64,000 bases of DNA from Lama guanicoe (Eukaryota), in assembly GCA_013239625.1 (NCBI GenBank), contig MU053994.1, positions 809,775 through 873,774 of the forward strand, given 5' to 3'. Each line of letters begins with the position of its first letter. Within the stretch, counting starts at the first letter, position 1. This document shows positions 25,826 through 37,340 of this stretch, piece after piece. The notes beneath the pieces were generated by a model. The model was not told the DNA's origin and did not search any database. It worked only from the letters and a program-made list of their open reading frames with translations. Both the position numbers and the translations under genes were made by a program.

Positions 25826-26545
25826 GCACTGAAAAGTTTCCAAAGCCATAATTCATCTATTTCCCCATTCTTCAAGCAAGAATGACTTACATGCTCAAGA
25901 AAACATAATTTTGTCCTTGATTGTAAAATTGCTCCATAAACTATTGATGGTAATGATTTTAACATTGTTCTAAGTGAATATTTAGATGGAACTGGGTTTG
26001 TTAATCACCTTCTTAGTCTGGTTTTAAGATTTATGTAAAAGCCAATGAGTGGTTTAGTATTGAAAGCTGAGCTGTGAGTAAAGCATTCCTTTTTGTATTC
26101 TCAGTCATGGCCCAGTGCATGCAAGGTTGGGTGATTTTCTAATTTCCAAACCTCTCTGTTGGTTCTCTAAGTATTTACTGATTCTTTCTCTAAGAATGAT
26201 TATACTTAGGGAGTAGAAAACTTGCCTTCCAAAGGGAAGGCTGAATTTTCAGGGCAGGAGGTACATGGGGTAATAGCCCAGCCGCTTCATTTATGTTCAC
26301 CAGTATGAATGGTCACAACATGAATTCCTAAATTAGCAAGCCTTTATCAATTACCTCTCCCAAATTCCAATATACAAAGCTCCAGAATTTATGGCTATTT
26401 GAGGATGATAAAGCTGCCAAAATGCCTGCAGGCATCATCATCTGAGCAGTCTCTTTCCTCAAGAATTCTGTAATGAGAGAGGGAACTATGATAGACAATC
26501 GTATGCAAATAAACGCAATTTCAAATGAATAAACCTGAACATGCC

Positions 26546-26995
26546 TGTCGTGGGTTGAGTTTCCTGGGAAGCAGTCTCTGAGAGAGTTCAGCCTGCAGGA
26601 TGTGCTGGATGTTTATTAGGGCGTGCCCTTGAGAAGGGGGGGAGCAGGAAGGAAGCAGGAGTGGCAGAGGGAGGGAGAAGCCGAGCTGCGATGCAGGGCC
26701 AAGAACAGCCTCGGCTGACCTTATGGAGAGTTCTAGATCTGAGATGGCCATTTAGGGCTGTCCTGAGTTGGGAGGAGGGAGTCAGGTTTTCATGCCCTCC
26801 CGTCAATCAGTCACTGAATGCAGCTGGCCTTGGAAGGGTATGTGACCTTGGGTGACTCGGCTCTCTGCAGCTGAGGCAGTGCCCAAAGAGGGCTGACAGC
26901 TGAACGCCATCTTCCGGCAGCACGCCCAGCAGCTGGGGGAATCAGCCCTTTATTCACGAAGGGGGGTCTGGGTGGCACATCACAGCACCCATCAC
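26546..26995 (-). mobile_element. LTR16A-like ERVL solo LTR
   Basis: Matches recalled LTR16A (cccagaccccccttc...ccccagctgctggg on the minus strand). Confidence 0.8.
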
Positions 26996-27523
26996 AATTC
27001 CCTACTGAGAATTTATTAAAACCAAGTCATGATAAATTCTAAGATTTCAGGAGGATGAGAAGGATGGAGGAAGGTGAGAATAATTACGGTGTTTGGACTG
27101 ACAAGCCTTTCACATGGAGGGTCTGGAGGTGAGGCTGGGCTACAGTTTTGACAAGGGAGGAGCTGACAAGTTCCGAAGAAGATGGGCCCAGGAGGGGAAA
27201 AGGGGGAGGTGTTCAAGGGCAAAAGGCTGTGATGGCAGAAAAGGGCAAGACATGTACAAGGATGACAATGAGATTGGCTTTCCTGCAGCAAGATGTTGAG
27301 AAAAATTAAAAGAGACAGAAGCAGGAGATGTCGGCCTGGAGCCTTGATACCCTTAATCATCTTCGACTTAAGGAACAAGTAGTAAACATTGAAAGCTTCA
27401 AAGAAAACAATTCTTGCTGCTCTGCACGGAACAGATTGGAGATGAGGATGGAGGCAGAGGGGCTACCTGTGGGATTTGGAATAGCTTGGGGGGCTTTAGC
27501 TGTTCCCACTGTGTCCCCTCACC

Positions 27524-27655
27524 TAGGGTTGAGACCAGGGTGAGGAAGCGAGGTGCTTATGGTCTAAAATTTGTGCTTGCACGACTCTGACAGTGAGTGC
27601 CTCCTTAGATTTGGTGCCGAAGCACCTTACTTGCCTCACCCAAGCCCCTACCCTG
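27524..27655. mobile_element. MER96-like palindromic hAT MITE
   Basis: agggtgaggaagcgagg and cttacttgcctcaccc arms. Confidence 0.75.
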
Positions 27656-28312
27656 CCCTCACCAAACCATCCCGAACAAATATATTTCAGCGAAAACAGT
27701 ATACTTGCTGTGAAAATGCCATTTCAAAGCAAGCGCCCTGCACTCAGAACACCTGCCGGTGAGCGCAAAAGAGTAAGATGTGTGCATGTGGGCTCTTAGC
27801 ATTTAACTGAGGGGGAGAGGGAAGGTTTTTCTGAGGAGGAAACATTTTAGCTGACACCTGCAAGCATTATCCACATGGAGTGGGTGGGAAAAAGCATTTC
27901 AGACAAAAAAGGCATTAAAAAGAAAAACAGCTTGTGGAAAGACTCTGAGACAAAAATGCATTAAGTTGTAGAATTACGTATATAATCCTCTTAAACTATT
28001 AGAGGAAAAAGAAGACGTGCTACCAAGAGCTAGAAAGCACCGCACCCCGTTGGTCTGAATGACTAAAGAGGGCAGAGATCATAAAAGAAAAACAGGGCAA
28101 TTGATTAACTTTTTAAATTCCCCAAAGCACTATGAAGGTTGCAAATTCTAGATGGCAGTATCTTATTCTACTAAACATGGCTGGGCTACAACTTACAGCA
28201 AAAAAGGGAGAGAGGGAATATTGTTGAAAGGACAATAATGCATACTTTCTTACATATGAGAAAGTATAATTAATAAAATTACCTAAATAGCTGTTAATTC
28301 TTCCCCCTGCAG

Positions 28313-28366
28313 GGTTATGAGCCGGATCCCAATATAACCAAGTTGGCAGAGCAGTATGCCAAGGAG
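28313..28366 (+). CDS. OTC: OTC exon 7 (54 bp): GYEPDPNITKLAEQYAKE
   Basis: ctgcag acceptor, GAG|gtatgc donor; followed by the characteristic 80-bp intron 7 (28367-28446). Confidence 0.98.
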
Positions 28367-28446
28367 GTATGCTCCTTATGTGCCAAGTCCAAATTGTCCT
28401 TCTCTGTCCCATGAAGTTCTCTAACCGGCTTGTTTGTGTCTGCTAG

Positions 28447-28626
<180 letters not shown>

Positions 28627-29065
28627 TAATTCCATTCATAAAGGTCAGAAGCATCTAATCACTCATTCACTTTGGGGAGAGCAGACTGTCCTTTCATTCC
28701 CTATAGAGGACTCACTGACTATCCCCCAGTGATTTCTCTCCTCCTGAAGATTAGCTATGTCCTTTGGAAAGACACTTTTGCCCGGGATGAAGGAATTTGC
28801 AGCCCAGGCAGAAGAAAGAAGCAAGCTTTTCCCTCTCACAGCGCTGGAGACATTGGAATGCTTCACTCTTTGTTTAGAGACATTATGTTACTTTTGTTGC
28901 AGTTTCTTCTGATTTCTCTAAGAAAAGCTCCTTAATTCTGTACTTCAGGCTAGTCCTTACCTCTGTTTTCTAAGGACTCTCAAGTTCAGTTGAATTTTAC
29001 TACCTGCCTCCAAGGCATTCCCAGGAGAATCCTATCTAATCGGATGCCTTTCTTGAAGACTGAAG

Positions 29066-29250
29066 CAATGCTTCTCAATCTCGAGCATGCCTTAGACTTG
29101 CCTGGAGTTGTTACTACACAGCTGGCAGGAATCACTTCTCCAGGGATTCTGAATCAGTAAGTCAGGGGTGGGACCCAAGAATTTGCATTTCTGCCACGTT
29201 CCCAGGTGATGCAATGCTGCTGCTCCAGGGTCATGCTTTGAGAACCGCTG
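29066..29250. mobile_element. MER5A MITE
   Basis: caatgcttctcaa...ctttgagaaccgctg. Confidence 0.8.
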
Positions 29251-29339
29251 TTCTGCAGGAATACCCTCAAAGTCAGATGTACATTGGGATTCTGTCTGCA
29301 GAGCAACTAATTTGTTTTGGTGGAGAAAGTGATCGAGCA

Positions 29340-30160
29340 ATTCCAATAGATATTTTATTGATAAAGTAAAATATAAATACAAGCTCCTTATTTATACATG
29401 ACAACGTAATGAAGTTTGAAAAATAAAAAGTAAAAATGTATTTTCCCCATCCCCTTCACAGTGACTATTCTCAGAGGTAGCCACTGTTAAACAATTTGTT
29501 GTGTCTCTTTGCAGACCTCTTCTGTGTATTTACATATGCCTACACACACACACACACACACACAAATATTGATTTATCATAAATGGTAGATTAGACGTAT
29601 TATTCTGACTTATTTTTTCCAAATAACAAATCTTAGGTTTTCTTGTCCATTCATTTAGATAGTTTTCACTCTTTTCAGTGGCTGCATTGAATTCCAAAGT
29701 ATGAGTGGATCATATTTTACTTAAAATGCTTCCTGTTGAAAAATTAGGCTATTTCCAATTATGCCGATTATAAACAATGCTGCAATGAAGATCCTTATAT
29801 ATATATTTCTTTGTGCAGGTATTACTAGAGAATAGATCCCTAGAAGAAGACTTTCTGGGTGAAGTGGCATATACTTTTTAAAATACAAGGAATGTTGCTA
29901 AATTGCCCATCCAAAAAGGATTGACAATTTAAACTCCCTCCACACTCTCTCCATTCTTTGTTGCTATTTACATTTTTAATATTTAAAAATCTATATCTCG
30001 TGCTTTTTAAAATTTTCATTTCTCTGATTACTAATGGGGTTAAACACCTTTGCAAGTTTATTGGCCATTTCCATATCTTTTTTCTATAAAACTGCTGTCA
30101 TATCCATTCATATCATCATATCACATCACATCATACCATATCCTTGGCCCGTTTTCTATT
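29340..30160 (-). mobile_element. Old L1 (L1ME-like) 3' region with (CA)n at about 29542-29563
   Basis: aacaatgctgcaatgaagatcctt and ttcatttctctgattactaatg motifs. Confidence 0.7.
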
Positions 30161-30348
30161 GTTTTTTGTACAAAACCAAAAAAAAATTTAGTACAAAGGT
30201 AGTAACTTTGAGGTAAGAAGCTATGAGGGAATGTAGTTTTGAATCTAAGTGAACAATGAAAATGGATGGGAAAATGTAACTTTCAGGCATTAACTGTTGG
30301 AGAAAATTAAAATTGTTAGGACATTTGCATTAAGAATGAACCATCTAG

Positions 30349-30449
30349 AATATGAAAATGAATATATGTATGTATATGCATGACGGGGACATTGTGCTGT
30401 ACAGCAGAAATTGACACATTGTAACTGACTGTACTTCAATTAAAAAAAA
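30349..30449 (+). mobile_element. Short L1 3'-terminal stub
   Basis: Near-identical to 20562-20646; 17-bp TSD aagaatgaa(c/g)catctag at 30332-30348 and 30450-30466. Confidence 0.9.
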
Positions 30450-30977
30450 AAGAATGAAGCATCTAGTGCATAGTGCCCATAATCCTGTTTAATGCACTCC
30501 CATCTCAGAGCTCTTTTTCAAAATTTTTTTAACTAGTAATGAAGTATGCTTCAAGTGCTAAAGACAATAATTTGGAGATAAGCTAATAATATAACAACAA
30601 GGATATAAAAGCAACCTTTAAAATATACTGGGGTATAATTGGTGACTTTTGCTATTAGCCACATATTACAATAGTAGAGCTCTTTATTGAAACGTCCACT
30701 ATCCCACTAGACAGAGTACCAGAAAATTGAGTTAGTGGTTTAATTTGGAGTGATAATCTTCCAAATTAAAAATGACTATAAAGGTTTGTAAGCTGAAAGT
30801 ACCATATGCATTTCCGCTGGGTGCCTTGAGCTTAAACCCTCACTCTTCCCCTTGATCTCTCCCTTTGCATTGACCTCTGACTCTAGGTCAGAGTCAGAGA
30901 CTCTGACTCTGAAGACGACAAATGTGATAGCCGCATAAAATAGTCAAAACACAGTCTTACCTTCATCTTTTCTTTAG

Positions 30978-31229
<252 letters not shown>

Positions 31230-32555
31230 TGATATGGCATCTATTTTTTTCCTCAGAAAGTTCATAATAGAGTATTATTGCTTATTAGCATCTATTGTGT
31301 ATTTTTAATGGAGTAAACCTGATCCCCATCTAAATATACCTATTTTAGTCCAAACTCTTACTGTTGTTGATCAGCCTGGGCACCTGCCACCATTGCCTGC
31401 CAACCATTATAAATTGTAAATTCTTATGCAGTAATTTTGTAATCCCCTTGATAATGTTTATAGAAGCCCCTAATTCAGTGGCTGGCACAAAATGGGCATT
31501 CAAAGAAATCTTATTTCCTTCCTCCCCTCTTTCTTCCTTTCTCTCCTTGCCTAGATAATTGTTTTGGTTCTCTACTAACTTTAGCCATACGGACACGTTT
31601 GTTTTTAGATATAGAACATCTGCAGAATTGCAGCAAAACTAATCTTAAAAATTATTAGTCTCTTTAACAAAATGCCACTAGTTTCATCTTCATCACCACT
31701 ATTCTAGGAAATATTAACTTCACATCTCTGCTTCACAATATCTCAAACATTACTTTCTTCTCTGGAAATCAGAATACTCAAGTGCCACAATTTAGCACCG
31801 CTTTTAGTGATTTAACTCATCTCAATTACTAAACCATCCAGAGTCTAACTGTCAAACAATAGAGTCCACTCCAGGTTAATAAAGAAAAAGGAATTTGTTC
31901 AAGTTTTAGACACCTCCCATAATCTCTTAGGAGAGAGAGTGCAGTGAATCATTCTTGTATACCACATATTCAGAAACAACACAGGCAGGAACATTGCCCA
32001 ATAACACTGTGGTTATTTTGTAGCCAAAACACCACTGACACAGCCACACATAGCCTGGTACCTAATGCCCTGGAAACTAAATGTCAGATACTCCATTATA
32101 GCTTCCCCAGCTGAACCAGATACCTCCACCTGCATATGGACCACGAGATCCAATTGACCAAATATGGCTTCCACTGCATGTTCACTTATGGCTCCAAGTC
32201 ACAATGGCTCCAAGATGCAGCTGAGTGGCATGCCTGCACCCCAGGTGCAAGGGAGTCTGGGATATGTAGTTTATAGCTTTCAACATCTGGAGTAGACAGA
32301 AACAAGCTGGAAAGGACTGTCTGCTAATTATTTATATAATCTATAAATAGGGGTAGATAGGGTTATTGTGATCATTAAAATAATACATGTAAAACATTTC
32401 ATGTTATCTAATACACTGTAAATATTGTTATTATAATTATCACCATTATCATCTTCATTGTTGATCTAATGCAGTGACCAGGAGAGATTTGAGCTCCATT
32501 CTGGCTGATTAGAAGCCAATCATGACTCCCTTTGCAATGAAAAGTTGTATATCAG

Positions 32556-32681
32556 AATAGACTCATAGACAGAGAATACAGACTTGTGGTTGCCAGGGGG
32601 GTGGAGGGTGGGAAGGGATAGACTTGGATTTCAAAATTGTAGAATAGATAAACAAGATTACACTGTATAGCACGAGAAAAA
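32556..32681 (+). mobile_element. L1 3' UTR fragment with early poly(A)
   Basis: Resembles 60925-61080; 16-bp TSD aaaagttgta(t/c)atcag at 32540-32555 and 32682-32697. Confidence 0.85.
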
Positions 32682-32799
32682 AAAAGTTGTACATCAGGCC
32701 TAAATTTGTCTAATAAGAGGGATGATATTTGTTTTACTGTACCTTCCAGCTTGCCACCTCAGGACATTAACTTTTGGCTAAAATGATAATTGTCACGTC

Positions 32800-32962
32800 A
32801 TCTAGAAGCTTTAATGTCCATTAGGGATCACCTAGGGATATTGTTAAAGTGCAGATTTGGATTTAGGGGGTCTGAGATGGGGCCCAAGATTCAGCATTTC
32901 TAACAAGCACCCAGGTAATGCAGATGCTGCTGTCCTGCAGCCCACATTTTGAGTAGCAAAGA
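32800..32962. mobile_element. MER5-like MITE
   Basis: ttgttaaagtgcagatt...catttctaacaagcacccaggtaatgc...tttgagtagca. Confidence 0.75.
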
Positions 32963-34106
32963 TCCAGATGACAAAAAAGAAAATGTGAGCTCTCCAACCA
33001 TATACCTCAGGAAGAAATGTAGCAAAAAATTTTCCTCAAGCTCTATTCTTTATCAGAATATGACTGAAGTTATAAAGGTAAATCAACCCAAATCTGTTAA
33101 AGGTCCTTTCTAGAAATTCGGTGGGGGGAGGTGGAAATTAAAAGTAAGCTTTCTAAAATATCATTTATGAAGATGCTCTGCACTTCTGAATTTTTAAAAA
33201 GCTTACTAAGTACATATTTTAATTGAATTTACTTTAAAAATTAAGTACATAATGTATTCACATAGTTGAAATGTTTACAAGAATATATCTACCTGCGTGT
33301 GCATATATATATATATATATACAAACACACAGTGAAATCTTATGCCCACCCATTTTCCATCTTTCTAAGTCCTACCACCATCTCTCCATCTCCCACCTAG
33401 CTGAGGTACCCATTTGCCCTAATGGGAAAATACATTTTAAAGAAAACAAGAGGCATGGCCATATTAAAAGAAGGTAGAGAATCTAATCTCGACTAGGAGT
33501 GAGGAGATGTGAATTCTCTGTCTTTGATACGAGTCAGCTGTGTCATCTTGCATAAGTGTTACCTCCCTAGGTCCTAGTTTCCTCACAGATAAAATAAGCA
33601 GATCAAGCTATATAGATGGCAAATATTTTTAATCTTAGGTCCGCAATCTCATCAACAGGCTACTTAGAGTCCTATGTTCAGAAGGTTCTAAGCTTGCCTG
33701 TGGTCTTGGAAAGAAAAAGTGGCAAAACTGACTAGTGATATCTGCAATGAATTCTGGAAGGGAGGTGGTGACACACACGCTATCTTTTTTATGTCTCTGA
33801 GTCATCTGATTAGAGTCAAGTTCATTCGGCAGTCATATACTGAGTGTCTACTGTGTGTCAGGCCCGCTGCCAGGCATTGGAGATTTAAAAAAATGAATAT
33901 TGTGCAGTTCCCACACGGTCTGTACAATTCATAGAAACATGACATTTTCAAGTGGGATGAGACCTTAGCGATTGTCTAAGTCTAAATTCCTATTTTATAG
34001 GCCAAGAAATTCTTCTTAGCTTATTTAGAATGGCATTTAGGTTCAGCACTGCTGTGACAGTTTTTTCTGGGATGTTCCAAAGGCACAACACGTGTTTTCC
34101 TCTAGA

Positions 34107-34327
34107 ATTTCCCTATCCAATACAGTAGCCACTAGGCACATATGGCTATTTAAATTTAGACTTACGCTAATTAAAATATAATAAAATATAAGATTCAATT
34201 CTTCAGACATACTAACCACATTTCAAGTGCTCAATAGCCACATACGGCTGGTGGCTGCACTATTTGTATTTGACAGCACAGACATAGAACATTTCCATCA
34301 TTGCAGAAAGTCCTACTGGATAGCACT
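34107..34327 (-). mobile_element. MER3 hAT MITE
   Basis: tccaatacagtagccactag...atagaacatttccatcattgcagaaag. Confidence 0.85.
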
Positions 34328-34873
34328 ACTGTCTAGAGAATGATTTCTACTACACACATAATTTCAGGACAGAAGAAGGAAGGAAAGATACAATCTGGCC
34401 TCAAGTCCTAAGGTGCCCATAATGACTGATGTAATAACTAAATAAGCTGAAGGGCTTGTTCTAAAAGCATAGGACATTTTTAAAGCAAAAATGCACTCTT
34501 TCAGTACTCAGGGGAGCTTTTTAAGGCCTCCATGCTGGGTGATTTCCAGCAGTGCTGTTCAGAACACTCCAATAATCACATAATTCTCTCCATAGTGCAC
34601 AGGCCTTTGGATCTGTTGAAAAAAACAACATGCACACCCTCTCCTCCCCACAAAGTTTGCTTTTGTATTTTTCAATAATGAGTAAAGCTGAAGGACTCAC
34701 GAAAAGTCAGGTAGTTTCATTCCTCTGCCTACAAACTTTACTGTGGAGCTAAAGTAACCTAAAGGGACCCAAAAAATCTGACACTTCAAAGTACTGCTAT
34801 CAGGATGACCCTTAGAACTACAACGATATTGCAGATGTAATTCACAGTCTTCTATAGTCTCTTCTCTCCAAGT

Positions 34874-35077
34874 CAGGGGTGCCAGATAAAATACAGGATA
34901 CCTGGTTAAATTGGGGTTTCAAATAAACAATAAATAATTAGTATAGATATGTCCCATTCAATTTCTGGGAACATATAGTTTAAAAAAATTGTCATTTATC
35001 CAAAATGCCAATTTGTCTTCCTTCCTTCTTTCCTCCCTTCCTCCTCTTCCTTTCTTTCACTAAATCTGGCATCTCTA
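34874..35077. mobile_element. MER53-like hAT MITE
   Basis: gtgccagataaaatacaggat...aaatctggca termini. Confidence 0.75.
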
Positions 35078-35209
35078 CTCCAAACTGATTAAGATTTAAC
35101 ATTTGAAAATAAATTTGACACATATAATGACCATTAAAAACAAAACCAAACCTGAGATATTGTCCCAGGAAACCATAGAAAACTCTAAAATATTTTACCT
35201 GAAGGATGT

Positions 35210-36320
35210 TCTTATCCCAGAGTTTGACCTTCCCATTTTCTTCTTGTCATTCAGATCTCAACTTAAATGTCATTCCTTTAACAAGGTCTTCTCTGGCCAC
35301 CCACTCTTAAGTGGTTCCCCAGCCTCCTTCATCCTGTTTTTTATTTTATTTTCTAATAACATCTGTCACTATTTGATATTTTCTTATTTGTTTGCTGCCT
35401 GTCCCTTCCGTATAATGAAAATTCCTTCATAAGAGCATTGATATTGTCTGTAATGTCCTTCATCATACCTAGAATGGTACCTGACAAATGGTACCTGCCC
35501 CTAAATATGTGCTCAATACATTTTTGTAGCCTAAAGGCAATATAGAGTACTGGTTGGTTCTAGAACGTGGGCTTTGGAAATCACATTATAATTCTGGCTC
35601 TCTGTGTGATCTTGGGCAAGTACTGTAACTCCTCTAAGCCCAATTTATTCATATGAAAATGGGGATAAAATTGAAACAACTCATAAGGTTGTGAGGATTA
35701 AATGAGGTAAGTGTCATCTGAGCATAGTGGTCAAGGTCTAGGCCAGGCAGGTACAGACCCATCCCTTACTACCACCACTCAGGAAAATACCTATGCTTCA
35801 GTTTCTTCATCTGTATTTGACATCTCTTCCTCCCTCACCCAGTAGTCATAGATACTAAACAGCATGATGCACATAAAGCAGTCGGCACAGGGCTCAGCAC
35901 ACAGTAGCTGTTCAATAAATACGTTCAATGAACGCATTTTAAATGTAAGACCTGCACTTCTGCTAATGGATAGGGTCACATGTACAGTACGGTTGAAAAG
36001 AAAGAGCAAGTACTGGAGAGGCAGTAAAGCTACCTCTTAAGAGTGAAGTCAGAGAAACTTGGGTCCAAACCCAGTTCTGTGCTCTCTGTTATTTCCAAGA
36101 TTGGGTCCCTCAGCTATAAATGATAGTAACAGAAGCTACCTTAGAAGGTTGTTGCATTAAATGAGATCACGCATAAACACTTCTCTCTACCTCACTGCAG
36201 CACCTTGTGCAATGCCTGGCAAATATTTTTTAACTGACTAACACATGGTACGGCCCTCAGTCTGGTACACAGTTAAGCATTCAATAAACACCCGTCACCA
36301 TTGTTTCTTATATTATTACT
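35210..36320 (+). mobile_element. Cluster of L2 3' ends and MIRs
   Basis: tcagatctcaacttaaatgtc (L2); gtgatcttgggcaagt and ggttgtgaggattaaatgag (MIR core). Confidence 0.7.
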
Positions 36321-36915
36321 ATTGTCATTATTGTGGAAGTTGGGAAGAGTAAAAGTGACAATTAGCATTTGTAGCCAACAGCCTAATGGGAAGCTGTACT
36401 CTTGGTTATAAATATTGTTTCATGAGGACCCAGAGTCAGAAAGACATTATTCATTAACCCAAATGATTTACTTTTACTACTCTACATCTGATGTATTGTA
36501 AACTTCTCCAGGTTACAACTACCCAAACCGTAGTGTCAAGGAAAGGATGGGAGGGACTCTGTATCTGTCTAAAACCAACCAATACCTATGTTTCACTTAT
36601 GACTGGAAAATTCAGTCACGGCTACCATCTTGGTATCTTATTTCAACTCTCTCCCCGACTAGTCCTGGAATGAGGCCTAAATAAGCATGGTGTTTGTGTA
36701 TATATTTGAGTCACCCTGATCCCTCCTGACCTGTCTTCATCCAAATAAAAATAAGTATTAGTTCAGAACTGCCCTGCTATCATTTCCTTGGGGAAACACA
36801 TGTCAACCACAGGCCTTCAAAGCTGCAACCCAGATCCCCCTCCACAGGTCCCTAAGCAGACTCTTGCTAATGTTTACCCATTTCTTTCTTTCTTTTTCTC
36901 TGCATATCATCCTAG

Positions 36916-36975
36916 GCTGTCATGGTGTCCCTGCTGACAGATTACTCGCCTCAGCTCCAGAAGCCAAAGTTCTGA
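36916..36975 (+). CDS. OTC: OTC exon 10 coding part (60 bp): AVMVSLLTDYSPQLQKPKF*
   Basis: Long pyrimidine tract + tag acceptor; matches the mammalian OTC C-terminus; TGA at 36973-36975. Confidence 0.99.
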   Translation, partial: AVMVSLLTDYSPQLQKPKF

Positions 36976-37340
36976 TTCCGTGATGCTTGTCAAAAGAGAA
37001 ACCGTGTTCTTCAGTGACAGAATGAGTCAGTTTATGAGGGAAGGAGAAGAGAATCTAATAAACAAATCCTGATACATGGTATGAGTGAACGATATGATAT
37101 TGCTTTGCCATTGTGAAACCTTCCTGAATTTAAGTGCTGATGCACTGTAATACATGGCCTAACTTGGTTTAAACTCTTTAATTCACAATTTCTGAGTTAC
37201 AGTTGGGTACCATATTAATAATCATATACATATGCTTCAACTAAACATAAAATACTGCATTCATAACACATAATGTCTAAGCCATTAAATGCAATCTATG
37301 CTTATTACCTTAATAAATTATCACCCACACTAATTTATAA
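36976..37340 (+). terminator. OTC: OTC 3' UTR with candidate polyadenylation signals
   Basis: AATAAA at 37057-37062 and 37312-37317, ATTAAA at 37284-37289; the actual cleavage site cannot be determined from sequence alone. Confidence 0.7.
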
